Part shown: positions 22,501 to 36,537 of the stretch, piece by piece
Numbering within the stretch: the first letter of the stretch is position 1
Layout of the letters: every line of letters begins with the position of its first letter
Notes under the pieces: generated by a model
Seen by the model: the letters and a program-made list of their open reading frames with translations, nothing else
Told to the model about the DNA's origin: nothing
Database searches by the model: none
Position numbers and translations under genes: made by a program
From: Hemiscyllium ocellatum
Taxonomy: Eukaryota
NCBI RefSeq assembly: GCF_020745735.1
Contig: NW_026867487.1
Coordinates: 4,729,239-4,793,238, forward strand
DNA length: 64,000 nucleotides
Direction of reading: 5' to 3'

Positions 22501-25500
22501 CAGATACGAGGGATAACTTATCTGTCAGAGCATTGTGAGACTTGGGAATGTCCTTCCTCAAAAGGCAGTGGTCATTATCGAGAGATGTCTCCAACTGATT
22601 CTGAATGTCTTCACCGTAACTGAGGGATGGAAACTCTTAATATACTTTTCATGCAGGAGGATAATACGTTCTAGGCGCTGGAGCATCGTTCAAAATCCAA
22701 CGTTTTGAAGCGTAGTCTGTGTATTTCTGAAATTGGGAATCTAATTTAATGTTCAGGGCTAATGATGCAAATACAGATCTAGAGCTAAATCTCCCATGAC
22801 AGAAGAAACATCAGTAATTACATTTGTCAGTACAGCTGGATGATTGGAATGCCTGGATAACAGCAAGAGCAGCAGTTCTTGGAGGTCTCCCAAAAGTTAA
22901 AGAATTTATCAAAGTTCACACAATTCCGGATTTACCTGTGATTTAATCCCAAATTAGCAGACCGCCCGGCCTAGGCTTCTGTACTTAACATTAATTAGTA
23001 TTGCTTTCAAATAAATATATTCCAGATGCAGGTGAACATTTATGAACTCATCATATATAACTCAATTGGTTGCAACTCTCACTGTCTTGAACAACTACTA
23101 CCCTATACTCCTTGAATGCACAGAAACCAAGCATACAAACATATGTGTTACAGCTGACAGGGAAAGCTGGGCTGCTATTTTAATGTCTCACGGTGTCCAC
23201 TGTGTTGACACTACTGGTTGGAGGACTTGCTGCTTCTTTGTCTGTCTTTTCGAGGCACATTCATTTGCTGGAGGTGGCACACAATGATTCACACTGAACA
23301 CTTCTGTCATTTCCACAATGTCTAATTGTGTGAGCAGATGCAGTGCGTTGCTGCCACTTCTCTGACATAATCTTCAACGATTTTTACACTCTGCCTGTGC
23401 AATGGCATGTAGTAGCCAGCAGGGGGAAGCACTGATTCACTTGGAGCACAGAGAACCAGGGACAGAAGCTTTGACCAAACCTGTCTGTCGGGGAGGAGGT
23501 GGTGCGACCTGCCTTCTTCAATGTTTGCATTACTTGCTGAGTTGGGGCACCCACATTGTTGTAAGTAAGAGTGTTCCAGGGCCTTGGCGAAGTAATCATG
23601 AAAGCATGCGACTTAGGTCTAAGTAACGACCGAGTGTGGCCTGAAGTATTCCTTTGTATCTCATGTCTTGGAGGGCATGGGAATGTTCGTTTACAGGACA
23701 CTTGGCGAATTACTGTAGTGCATACTGCAGCCACACTTCTGCAACTGTGCATTAGTGATAAGGCAGTGAATATTGGACCTGATGGCCTCGGTAAAAATCC
23801 AACATGTTTTAGTACTTTTCTGCATTTCACATATGTAAGCAACTTATACAGTTCATATTTATGATTCATCTGAGATTCCATACACCTCTTGTGCTATTTA
23901 ATCAGTCTTTTGGTCAATCATTTATTGAATTCTAAATTGCTTTCAATCATTTGGCTTCTCACTTTTTTGCCACCTTGCAAGCCATACAGTACACATGTCT
24001 TCAATCTTTCGCTAGCCATAGCTGATTTATTTTTCCAGCTGCACATCGCTGTTTTTGAGGAACAAATAATAATTACAGATCATATAATACCTCTTCAATC
24101 ACTCAGTACTGCCTGTGGACTTGCAAATTATTTTGTGTATTTTGGCAATCCAACATAAACAAGTTGCCAAACAATTTTCATAGTTTCCATTGTTCAGGTT
24201 TTAGACTCTATGTCCAGTATGAATGATATCACCTTGAATCTTGATTAAAAATTGCACCTCATTATGAACTCTATTCAACAGGACGTCTGATGAACAAGGT
24301 TACTGCAGCCGGAAGCGCCACCTGTAAAAATGAACTTATGATGACACTAATACACTTAACATGGAGTTACAAAAGATTAACAATGATTAAAGCGTGCTTG
24401 GAAATCGAACTAAGCCTTGACTAAAGTCACAGTGCTAATCCACATGATGCAGAATCCATACGCGCTGCAGCTGCCCATAGACTGGTTGCAAACAAACCTG
24501 ACAGCTGCAGACACTGCAATACACAACTGAAGTTTGATTTGGATAGGATAATGGAATGTCGCCCTCGGGACAATTGGGAGCAGTGAGTCTTTCGCGAAAC
24601 AGAGAGGCAGCTAGCACCCTTATTTGGAGGAGGTTACGTGCACCCAACAACAACCATATTGGACGCTTAAGGGCTGCACTGCCATCAACGTGAAAACACG
24701 TGTCTGCGTCTGATCGATCAGGCTAATCGAACCTGATCAATCCGTTGGCAGATCCTCAAAATTCGGCCAAAAGGGCACGAAGATGCGGAAGGAGAGCAGT
24801 CACCACAAAACCCCACTTAGGATGGCAACTCGAGAATGCACCTTTAAGACCATCTGAAGAAAAGGAAATCAGCACATGGAGCCTGGCCAACTTTGAGTGC
24901 AGTATTATGCGAACATACAAAGCTAAATTAAAGCAGAAGATAGGTCGTTGTGTTATTTCATTTGCTTGTGGTTCTGATGTTAATTATGTCCAATAAACGA
25001 ATATCATTTTCTATAAGAGTTGACTCACAGTTCTTTTGCTGTATAGAAGAACTCAAGCACACTGTGTGGCAGGTACAACATTATTAATTTTTCTCTGACT
25101 TCAACAACCGCTATACCTAAAACAAGCTGATTGTAATTAGGTACTTCAAAGTTTTGCTTCAGAAAGGTTCAGAGCGATCTCCAGAAATTCATCTCCCATA
25201 GATTTCGTCAATAGATTTCCAGCTAGGAAGGGTAATTGAATCCCTTGCCACAGTCCTCACATATTCATGGTTCCTCCTTGACAATATCGTCTTTGTGTCT
25301 GTCTAGGAGGTGATCAATAGAATCCATGACCACGCACAGTTTGACCATCGTACCTCCCTGCTGTGAAAGCTTGTCAAACTTCCTGATGAGTTAAATTTCC
25401 TTTCTCAGGAAGGCTGCGTTCACATTCATAATATGAAACATAATTGTGGATGCTGGAGATCTGAAACAAATAGACGGTTGTGTTTGTGATTTGATCCTGA

Positions 25501-26794
25501 CTTAAAGTAAAGTGGCAGGTTTAACTTTCCAGTTTGAAAATGACACTTGACAATTCTCCAACATTTGAACCTGTTTGTGTTACCTTTCTTGTTTTTTGAC
25601 TTTTAAGATATGCCTGATTCCTTCTAACGAATAAAATTGAGCTGGAATGCATTACCTGAAATGATGATCAGTAAATGTTCAATGGGAATTTCAAAAGAAA
25701 ATGGAAAGTATGTTTGAAAAGGAAAGCTTTGGAGAAAGTTCACGAAAGTGGAAGTAGATAACCTATTAGTATTAACGCTAGATTTTTATTGCAGCGAGTC
25801 AGTTAATGTTCAGGGAAGCGGGATTAGAATCACACCAAACCAGATGATAAAATTTGAATTGAATAAAATTTAAAAATCTGTATGCGAGACTCTAACAATA
25901 ACCATGACAACGTTGTCAGTTGGTTGACGTAATTCAATGATATAATTCGGAACATCCTCTGCCCTCTCCTGGTCTGTACCATATGTGACTGCAGATCGAC
26001 AACACTGGTCTGGCAAGCTATTCTTTTTAGAGATGTCATGGAATCCCTGCGATTTGAAAACAGGCTATATGACTCAGCAAATCCACATCACCCTCTGAAA
26101 GGTAACCAACCCAGACTCAACCCCATAACTCGGCATCACCCGTGACACATCCCTGAGCACTCTGGACAGTTTTAACATGGCCAATTCACCTAACCTGCAC
26201 ATATTTCGATAGTGGCAGGAAACCAGAGAACCCGGAAGAAAACCAAGCAAACGCAGGAAATGTGCAAACTCTACGTAGACGGGCGCCCGAGGATAGAATT
26301 GAATGCCAGTCCCTGGTGCTGTGAGGCAGCAGTGCTGACACTGAGCCATCGTTCCACCGAAGTTTACCGATTTCTTTGAATCTCAAGAAAGGCATGCAAT
26401 GGCATGATCCACACGGAATCGAGTGAGGCATCCGAGAAAGAAAAGCATCAAAGAGAGTAATGTGGGCTCTGCAAACTTGGTCTTTCGAATGTCTGGGGAA
26501 AAAACTGCCAACGTTGGAGAGTTACAAACTAGTCAAGCATCAGCCTGACAGATTCATAACTATGGAGTCATATGTGATAGGCAACATCTGAGACACAACG
26601 ATCACCTTCCCTGGGTACTTCCCGTCACACCTGCAGGACAGTTTGAGCAGAGGCAGCCACGCCATTGTATGCAATCGAGAGGGATTTTCTCTCACAATCC
26701 TCGGTACTGTCTCCACATCTTATGAAGTCACATGGCCGAAGGTTATTCGTGCCCAAATACATCTCCTACTGATCAACGCATACTGTCCGACCTT

Positions 26795-27107
26795 TTTTTT
26801 TAGATTAGATTAGACTTACAGTGTGGAAACAGGCCCTTCGGCCCAACAAGTCCACACCGACCCGCCGAAGCGCAACCCACCCATACCCCTACATTTACCC
26901 CTTACCTAACACTACGGGCAATTTAGCATGGACAATTCACCTGACCCGCACATCTTTGGACTGTGGGAGGAAACCGGAGCACCCGGAGGAAACCCACGCA
27001 GACACGGGGAGAACGTGCAAACTCCACACAGTCAGTCGCCTGAGTCGGGAACTGAACCCGGGTCTCGGGCGCTGTGAGGCAGCAATGCTAACCACTGTGC
27101 CACCGTG
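26795..27107 (-). mobile_element. Young HE1/V-SINE-like element, U2-specific
   Basis: Intact tRNA-like head, (TAATC)n + poly-A tail, and an 8-bp TSD CCGACCTT at 26787-26794 and 27108-27115. Confidence 0.9.
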
Positions 27108-27145
27108 CCGACCTTCAATGATGAATTTGTCGTTCTCCATATTGC

Positions 27146-27147
27146 CT

Positions 27148-27178
<31 letters not shown>

Positions 27179-27196
27179 CGCATGCACGCGTGCGTG
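27146..27196. repeat. (TG)n(CG)n alternating purine-pyrimidine microsatellite
   Basis: TG run followed by CG/CA alternation. Related tracts are at 10585-10597 and 59168-59230. Confidence 0.9.
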
Positions 27197-27918
27197 TTTT
27201 GGATGCATCAAATTGTTTTGCAAGAACGGTTCGAAAGGGTGAATACCGTCATCCTGTTGCAATTCATCACGATCGTGCGAAGATGTCTACGGATAGTAAC
27301 TTTATCAATTCTCACTTCTAAAAGTTCCAGATTGGATGCCAAAGTATCTTTGAAAACTGATATAATCTGAAATCTGGTTGGTGGAGTGTTTCATGCGTTG
27401 AAACTTTTAAAATTCATGGGATGGAAATTGTTTCTGTTTAAAGTCACAAAACTGTCAAAACACACCGAGCTGCACTGGTACCATAACTCAGTTTCGAAAA
27501 AGGTAACTGCTTGTCATTTCATCGATGAGCTTCACGCAGTGACAATTAACTACGGATCTTTCCTGGACACATTGATTGATATCTGAGTAATAAAATAATT
27601 TTGCATTATTCCACCTTTTATCTTAGCTACAGACAAAGATCTATCACTCTGAAGCGTGGCCGATCGATCGCTGCAGAAAGTATAGTGCAATGGCGGAAGG
27701 AGATACAATGGCTGAATGTCAGGGAAGAGATTGGAGAGAGTCAGCTGTCGTCTGTCCTTTATTATATGACTGGTGACGTCATATCTAGAAACCAGCCAAT
27801 TGGATCAGGGGAACAAATGTCTCACTTGTCCAGAAAGTGAAGATTGATTCTGATCGGGGTTCAGTCCCTCATGTAAGATCAGAAGGTCAAAATATTGTGA
27901 GAAGTCCGAACCTGAAAT

Positions 27919-28353
27919 ATGTGCTTTTTATGTGTTTCACTGATAATTATGACAGTCGTGGCAGGTAAGTTTGACCTAAAATTATCAAGATGCGCTTCAC
28001 CAGTTCGACCTTCAAATTTTTGACAACTTCATTGTTTTCATTGCAGGTGCGAGTGGCCAAGATTCAGTTTCCCAGCATCCACTTGAAAAAACGGTTCAAG
28101 AAGGAGAGACTGTAATCCTCAACTGTAATTACTCAGCACAGTCTACTACTGCAGTGCTCTTTTGGTACATCCAGTATCCCGGGGAGGCTCCGGGATATTT
28201 ACTGAAAAGATTCAACAAGGAAGAAGGACAAACGTCTGCAGCTTTCTCTGACAGGTTCTCTTCTACTCTGGACCAAAAACAGAAAACATTTCCTTTAAAT
28301 ATCACTGTTGCTCATGTATCTGACTCTGCCTTCTATCACTGTGCGCTGAGTCT
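27919..28353 (+). CDS. TRAV: V segment V2.2 (leader 27919-27964, 82-nt intron, V exon 28047-28353), intact
   Basis: Leader MCFLCVSLIIMTVVA-G|gtaagt. V exon reads ASGQDSVSQHP...LNCNYSAQSTTAVLFWYIQ...DSAFYHCALS. Confidence 0.93.
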
Positions 28354-28392
28354 CACGCTGATCAAGAGTTGCAGTCAGTCCGTACAAAAACT
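28354..28392 (+). promoter_or_regulatory. 23-RSS of V2.2
   Basis: CACGCTG + 23 nt + ACAAAAACT. Confidence 0.91.
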
Positions 28393-29606
28393 AGCCAGAC
28401 ACACACATGACCCTCGATTCTCTACCTGCATCCTCAGCCACATTTCTGATATGTCGCTGGATTGTCAACTGATAAGACAATTGAAACATCAGTAATCCCA
28501 AAATCTCTCTTTTGGCAATTCATATTGTGCGCTTTTCTACATTGAAAATATTTTTATATCACTATGCCAGTTGCTGGTGATGAGTAAGCAGTTCTCGTAT
28601 TCTAGAGCAGATGGCACAATGTAATATAATCTGGAGATGTCTATTTCTCCTGTTGAATCCGCTGCGCCCTTCATTAAGATCTATCCATTGCCTTGGCTAT
28701 TCCGACCTGCATTGTCCCCATAACCCTTATTTTCCTGAACATGCAAAAACTCATTCAAACGTGTCTTGAATTAATTTAATGAAATTGCTTCCATTGGCAG
28801 GGTATTCCGCTGTCTCCAGGAAATGTAGCTCCTCCCTTTACGCTACCCTACATTCACTCCCGGTAATCTTGAGGCCATGTCCTCTCGTCCAAGTCTCACC
28901 CACCAGCGGGCATAACTTGTCTCCATCTATCATATGCATCCCTTTCATAATTTTATACGTACTACCAAGGTCGCTTCTCATTCTACTGAATTCGAGCAAG
29001 TGCAGTCCAAGGTGAATCAACGTCTCCTCCTCGGGTAACCGCAACTCATCCGTGCAATCATTCTGGTGAACATCCTCTGCACCGCCTCCAAAACCATCCT
29101 CAAATAAGGAGACAAGAACTGCGCACAATACTCCCGGTATGGACTCACCAACACCTTGCACAATTGCAGCAGAACCTCCCTGCTCTTGAATTCAATCAGC
29201 ATTAAAGAGGAGAATTGAAGTTAGTGCTCCCCTCAACTTTATTCAGTGATGAGTAAGTATTTCTTGTCCTGGGGTGGAGGACATTTCGAGTCGATATTGG
29301 TAGATTGATGTATCAAAAAGACAGATGAGATTTGAGTAGGCTGCCAGAATTTGGAAATTATATGAATCAAACACCATATTGTTCACTAGTGGAGCAAACG
29401 GCCTCCCCTATTTCCCAATGGATTTCATGCGGTCAACACGTCGAGGACGAGAATAAAGCGGCTGCTGGCCGATTGGGTGCGGTATGGTGATTCTGACAGA
29501 GGGGAACCATTCGGCAGCGAGACCGGATATGACACACCATTGACTGGCAGCTCAAAAGAATCAGCTTCAATTCTCTTCGAGCTAACCCGCCATCTGCTCT
29601 GCAGAC

Positions 29607-30121
29607 ATGTCGACTCTTACTATTTGCTCCTTTCTCACTACTGCAACGCTCTTAACAGGCAAGTTTCTGAGTTGTAAAATATTCCCTTCTAGGTAAAATA
29701 TCTATAGCAATCTTCGATTTGCCTGTGTTTCCCTCTATTACAGGAGATGCGTTGACTCTGTAACATTCATAGTGATCGTCATTTTAATGTCACTTTCTTT
29801 CAATATTTGCGCAGGTGTTAATTGTGCAGACTCGATCTCACAGAAGCCGGTTACAACGATACAATCTGAAAGCGATTCAGTCACCATTCATTTCAGATAT
29901 TCGACCACAGATGACACGTACACGTTGCAACTGTACCGTCAGGACCCAGGGAAGTCTCCAATATTCTTAATCTACGTTGACAACTTTGACAATATCATCA
30001 GAGGAGAAGGGGTGTCGGATCAATTTTCTGCATCTTTGGACAAGTCAAAAAATGAGGGGAAGTTCACCATCTATGAACTGCAGGTGTCTGACAGCGCAGG
30101 ATATTACTGCGGACTGAGACA
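29607..30121 (+). CDS. TRAV: V segment V3.2 (leader 29607-29658, GC-AG intron, V exon 29815-30121); open frame, lacks Cys23 and Trp41
   Basis: Leader MSTLTICSFLTTATLLT-G|gcaagt. V exon reads ...DSVTIHFRYSTTDDTYTLQLYRQ...DSAGYYCGLR. Confidence 0.87.
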
Positions 30122-30160
30122 CACAGTGACAGGAACCAGGCTGAGCCTCGTACAATAACA
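30122..30160 (+). promoter_or_regulatory. 23-RSS of V3.2
   Basis: CACAGTG + 23 nt + ACAATAACA. Confidence 0.88.
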
Positions 30161-30880
30161 GCGCCCCAATGGAACAAAGTGCAAAGTGTGTCTAGTCGAG
30201 TCGAGAGTAACATTTACTTCCTACCTTTATACCAGAATGAGCCAAGTTCATGTAAAACGAAATAATTAACTCAGAGTAGTCAAGGGTACAGCATCCGTGA
30301 AGGATCTCTCTCCTCAATTTATGCTGAATACATTTGAGTAAAAAGCAAACATGCCTTTGCAGAATTTATGCCATTGGGCATAAATGAAAGTGTTTGCAAT
30401 AGAATTACTCTTAGAAATATCTGGCATTGTGCTCCAGTCAGTGAAGGAGGTGCACACCAGAAATCATGAAAGATCAGCTTCAGAACTATGTGTGGCATAG
30501 AACAAAATGACAAAAGAAACTTGACATTCAATCAATGTTGTGCAATGCGTCCAATATCCAAAAGCAATCCTATTATTCTTCCAGATATATTTCAATTTGG
30601 GTTTTGTCCTCCGTCTTGTTTTTGATCATCTATGAGCTACTCCAGGAACCTGCAGCTCATTTCTCCTGTGCAATAGATAATTGCCGAACTAATGTTTGTT
30701 CATCAGCTTCCTGTCTTGAAAATAATGTCACGGCAACATTTAATATTGTAGATTTTTGTCCTAATGTGTATAAATATCTTTGATATTAAGAGATGTACAC
30801 TCTGGTTACTACAATGATTTGGACTATGACAGGACATGCTCAGTGCCCATTGTAAATTGCTATTACATTTTGGAACTATT

Positions 30881-31470
30881 CAGAGTCATAGAGATGTACA
30901 GCATGGGAACAGACCTTTCGTTCCGACCGTCCATACTGACCAGATATCCCAACACAGTCTACTCCCACTTGCCAGCACCCGGCCCATATCCTACCAAACC
31001 CTTCAGTTTCATATACCCATCCAAATGCCTCTTAAGTGTTGCAATTGTACCAGCCTCCACCACTTCATCTGGCAGCTCATTCCATAGACGTACCTCTGCG
31101 TGAAAAAGTTGCCCTTCAGGTCTTTTTTATATCTTTCCCCTCTCGCCCTAAACCTATGCCTTCTAATTCTGGACTCCCCGACCCCAGGGGAAAAAATGCC
31201 TATTTCCCCTCTCCATGCCCCTCATAACTGCGTAATCATCTATAAGGTCACCCCTCCGCCTCTGACGCTCCAGGGAAAACAGCCCCAGCCTGATCTGCCT
31301 CGGCCTATAGCTCCAATCCACCAACAATGGCAACATCCTTGTAAATCTTTGCTGAACCATTTCACATTTCACAACGTCTTTCCGATAGGAAGGAGACCAG
31401 AATTGCACGCAATACTCCAACAGTGGCCTAACCAATGTCCTGTAAAGGTGCAACATGAACCCCCAATACT
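30881..31470 (-). mobile_element. CR1 3' fragment, U2-specific insertion
   Basis: MLHLYRTLVRPLLEYCVQFWSP...LFSLERQRRRGDLI frame plus CR1 tail; absent at 14095-14150 and 63230-63275. Confidence 0.87.
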
Positions 31471-33990
31471 TTGCTCAATACTTTGCATGAAATATTTCCG
31501 GAACGGTTGGACAGGGATAAATCCCGTTTGAAGTTGGGGATAGACCTGAAAGGGCAAAATACAGCCAATTCAGAAGCGGACAGTTTAAATTAATGAGAGG
31601 AACAATAAAATTGAGATTGTCAATGTCACGCCTCTGGCTTTCAGTTTGGACGTACATAGTGAAGATTGGGAGATCAGATTATATGAAATTAAAACGTTAA
31701 CACTACTTTCTTTTGACAGATTATGCAAGATTTACTGAAGCTCTGTAGCTTCTATAGTTTCTGACTGTATTTCACATTCCTCAACGATTACATCATCGTA
31801 CCATTCCTACATGGTGTAGCATTTTATGCTTTAAATTCACTTGTTTTTTTTTGTGTGTGAATACAAAGCAGTCCTTGCAGAGACCTTCAAACATTGCTAT
31901 GATTGACTTTACTTCAAGTCGGGGGAGAAAGTGACGAGTGCATCACTCCTGATGAAGAGCTTAAGCTCGAAACGTTGACTCTCCTGATCTGCCTGACCTG
32001 CTGTGCTTTTCCAATGCCACACTTTTGACTTTGGTTCATGTCGCCACCTCAGTGTATTGGGTGAAGTTTTCAATAAGCATTAATCACGCCTCGATTACAC
32101 TTGTTTTAATTTCGAAAATACGTTTTATTCATAAAACATATTCTGAGTCAAAACTCTTTGTGCATATAAATTGAACGGAAAAAAAAAGTTCTGCACAGTT
32201 GCACATCAAGTAAATACACAGAACGTTCGAGTTTGATTACATACAAAACCAAAGACCTCTCTTGCACATTCAACAGTACTATTTATATATAGTTGACACA
32301 CTAGGGGAAAGTCCAATAACTGAATTGACCCTCATTTACCTTCAGCAGGATGACCTCAGACGGTGGTCTTTCACCCACTGTGTCTTGGCAGTAGCTGCCC
32401 CAATCTTTAATGTGGACCTCAGCATGTATTGGTCATTGGAATATCTTAATCCGTAACACTCTGTCGGAGTCAATTCCTTCTTCTGGACGACGAACAAGGC
32501 TCGGGCAGACCAAAGAGTGTCTTTCAATGTTATGATGGTCCTCAAGATATAGTTGATGTAAAGGTTTGTGTCCGAGGGGTACATGGAGCTGCTCAGGACG
32601 AACCTCAGCAAAACTACTGCATTTTCCTCCACAATTACTTGGCAAAGATACATTGCAGCAGGAGATGTGTGCCAGTCTCAAACTCTCGACAGCCAGTTCA
32701 ATGGCAGTGTGTGGTGACACATGCGGACCATGCATGCATGGCCGTGCCCTTCCCACCACCAGCCAAGCGATGTCTTCAAATAGGGGTTAATTGAAAATGT
32801 TGTCTCAATTCTGAGGAAGGGGCACAGGACACAAAATGTAAATTTTAATTTCTCTTCACAGATGCCACCAGACCTGCTGAGCTTTTCCAGCAACCCCCGT
32901 TTTTGTATCCGTATCAGTCCGTCAGTTTAATGACCCCAAGAGAAACCCCCTGCAGTCACTGATAAGTGTCCAGACTGTGAGATGAACAGAATCTTGGAGG
33001 AGGCATACGTTCAAGAATAAACTAAATCGATTCGAAAATTCCTTCTGTTTGGCTTATAATACCGTCCGTAATTTTCTCTCAAAGTAAGTCACCATCTTAC
33101 CTAGAACAGTATATGTTCTTACACTGTTGCTGAGTCAAAATTCTTGAACTCCCTTGCTAACAGCACTGTAAGTTTCCTTCCATCTCAAGGAGTTCAGCGG
33201 TCCAAGAGGCAGATCCCCTTCACCTTCTACAATGCAATTTGTGGTCATAATAGTATTCGGTTTCTCTTAAATGTCACCAGATGGAGGAAAGGATCCTCTC
33301 GACCTTATACAATTGACATAATCAGATGTGAACGATTGGGAACAATCAACAAATTTAGGTGTTTGGTGAAGAATGTTCATTTCCAGACAGCCCAGCAAGC
33401 AGAAACCACATGCGAATAAGACTTCCGCTGGTCACTTTGCCTCATTACTTAGCCGTTATTCAGTGTGTTGTTTGTTTAGGGTTGTTCAGATCGGAGTTAC
33501 ATCCCACTTGCTGTTGGTATTTGAAAGCAAGCCTGCATTATTCTTGGCCTACGAATCTGTCTCTCTCTCTATTTTGAAACAGTTGACATGCAACTGCAGA
33601 GGCAGGAACTCGATACAGCACAAAATGTTTAATGTTATTCAGGTTGCTCGAGCGATGCACGTGGCCGATCAGAGTCACGTGACCGATCATTGTTTCACTA
33701 AACAAATGCTTTGGATTTTGTTGCATGTAATTCGTTGCTGCATTTTCTACGTCGCTCATTGCAGAAAAGGTGGAACGTTTTGGGACATTTCAAAAGGCAT
33801 GAAATAATGTATTCACTTTTCATTCACTGAACTAACAGCTTTAGTTTATTTCAATAATATATTTATAACAAATAAAGTCATGTATTCAAGTGAAAAATAT
33901 AAGATTTTCCGCGAATTCGGGTACAATTTCAGATCCACTCCTGATCTCACCGTTTGCCTGACACACTGTCATGTTCAGTGACTCTTTGAC

Positions 33991-34029
33991 AGTTTTTGGA
34001 CAGGGTCAGCCCAGTTCTGAATCTCCGTG
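33991..34029 (-). promoter_or_regulatory. 23-RSS of V4.2
   Basis: Minus strand CACGGAG + 23 nt + CCAAAAACT. Confidence 0.82.
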
Positions 34030-35107
34030 GGGCGCAGTGCGCAGTAATACATTACAGAGTCTGCCAGTTCTGTTTTCACCATTTCAGGTTGATGGTGCTG
34101 TTCACATGATCGAGCTTTGACGACAACCGGTCTCCTTGAAACCTTTCGGCGTTCGCTTCAAATTTGCTTCTCCGCAGCAGAAACTCCATGGAACCATTGG
34201 AATGTTGGAGGTACCAGAACAGGTAAGGAGTATTGCTTGTTGTCGTATAATTACAGAACAACTGGACATTGTCCTCCTCATTCACTGCAATTGAAGCCGT
34301 TGTCTGTGAGACAGAATCTCCTCGGCAAAGTCCTGCAAAAATTGATTGATCGATTTACTTGATTGGTTAATTGATTGACTATTTGTCACGTGTACCTCAG
34401 TGCACTGAAAAGTTTTATTTACCAGCGGTATAGGCAGATCATAGCAAAGAAGGATGTGCAGATCATAGAATGAGAAGAACAAATTTTGACAGAGGCATAC
34501 AAGCTACATCACATAAGTCAACATTAACAGGATCAGCACTTGAGGTTAGAGACTCCAGGAGAATCCGAAAATTACAGAAAATATTTCATTATTCTGACGC
34601 CACAGTCATCCCGTGACCTTGAACAATAACCTGCGAAATAAGTTCGGGAAAAACAAAAATTAATTTCATGCAACTTGGCAGCTGTATTGGTAAAGGGATT
34701 TGCCAGATTAAATAAAACCTCCTTCAGTACACGGGTCACACCGCCCAACAAGGTCATTTTCCATTTCGTTCCCGATCCTGAAGGGATAACTGCAGACCAT
34801 ATGTTAATTTATAGCTCTCGCCTATGTCAAAGTATCTGAACAGACCCCGTCCTTCTTAATTCCCAACCTAAGTCTTCAACAGTCTTTCAATTGGGTCGTT
34901 TGCTTACTCATTCCAAATAGTGCAGGTGTTGGATAAATTTGGTTATATTGATTTGGAGACAATGCATCGCTCCTTCTACTTTGATGGAACTGCTGGGGTT
35001 AACGTAATTGTCGCTGTGATTATGAAAGATAAAGATCGTCAACTTATCAACCTACCCGTTAGAACAGCTGCAGCTGTGAGGAATAAACTCAATGCTTCAG
35101 GCGTCAT
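34030..35107 (-). pseudogene. TRAV: V segment V4.2, frameshifted (leader 35107-35056, V exon 34332-34030)
   Basis: Close paralog of V4.1 with a 1-nt deletion near 34081 (AACCTGAAA-TGGTG vs AACCTGAAAGTGGTG), which gives NLKW* before the YYC motif. Confidence 0.85.
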
Positions 35108-36498
35108 TGTTACCGAGAGATTACAGTGAATGTGAGCAGATCGAAGCTAAAATAATTTTCGTCAAGAATTGCAAACATTTCCGGATCTCTGCCCATTGGT
35201 TCATTGTTGACAAAGGCATGAGGTGACAACCAATGAGTGTCAAACGCCTTTGTTCATCAAATCAAACAATCAGCTACACGCGCTTTGAACGTCATTTCGT
35301 ATGACCACAAGTGAAAGGAACACCATGAATTTATTAGCCAGACGACGCGGTCTTCCATACACTTTGAACTAACACTGATATTTGGCAGTTTTAGGTTCTC
35401 TGCAGGCGAAGTCAGAGAAGGAACACAGTCCACGTTGTTCGAGTGTCAGAAACTGGAGTTCTTCAGTTCAGCGAACTGCTCTCTGGCGTTTTGAGAACTT
35501 CCTTTCGTCAGGCTGAGAATCAGTGTGTTTGAGTTTTTTGGACACAGTGACGTTGTCCATTAAAAAAAAGTGCATTTTCAATTTCTTAAATAGTTGAGTG
35601 GAATGTCGATTTTGCTGCATTTTCTGGTAAGATTCATAGCAATCGACATTTCTTTAATTTTACATTGTACCATCGCAAATGTATCAACGGTATCTACACC
35701 GGGTACATTACAGCAAAAAGACAAAATGGTTCACTGCCACATTTTCAACGTGTATTAGTGATGCATGCAAGAGTTGCATGCAACATCCAAATACTGTCAT
35801 ATTTTTTAAAGGAAGACATGATGACAGAGTTACTCTGAAAGTCTGAAAGGGAAAGGTGAGAGAGCAGAGGTACACATTAATAGAAATCCTGACAGAAGAG
35901 AATGTATTTTGTCAAAGACGCAAAAGTAAATGGCAAGTGGTGAGGATGGCACAAAGTGTCTGCGATAAGGACACAACGAATTCAAGTGAGTGGGACTACA
36001 GTTTCCACTGGAGCAGGTATCTAGGAACATTGCACGTCAAGGAAATGAACAGTTGAGTCGATGGGATGACGTAGAATGATTAGCTTATTCGAATAAGTTT
36101 TGAGAGAACAGGAATGTTTAAGCGTTAATGACATGTGAATGATGTTAAAAGAAAGGCCATATTACTTTCCTTCCAGGTTAATTTATAACTTAAACTGATG
36201 TAATATTTAACGTCTATGCATGACACTCGTTATTTTTTCATCTATCTTTCAATAGATTGCCATCATTTTATCTTCTACATGTGTTGTTACTTTATTTCCG
36301 CTCTTTCTCTCATCTTTTATTTCACTGATGTTAGCATATGTGAATGTGCTTGCTTTGTCTTCACCCATATTGTTTTCACTTCAAGCACTCTTTACGTCTT
36401 GCTCGGCTGTTCTATCTCTTTTTCTGTTGCCGTGGTCCCCTTAACATCGAATTACACAGCCCTGAAATAATTGCATTGATGCTCAGCAGTGCAGCATA

Positions 36499-36537
36499 GG
36501 TTTTTGTTCAGACTCTCCCTCTGCTTGTAACACTGTG
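36499..36537 (-). promoter_or_regulatory. 23-RSS of V1.2 (perfect consensus)
   Basis: Minus strand CACAGTG + 23 nt + ACAAAAACC. Confidence 0.96.

Noticed and set aside
23415-23430. CTCF-like CCAGCAGGGGGA (and CCAGCAGAGGGTGG at ~55743)
   Set aside because: It is at the edge of a LINE remnant and is degraded in U1 and U3; not enough support to call.
26937-27140. tRNA gene
   Set aside because: This is the tRNA-derived head of a SINE, with SINE body, tail and TSD.
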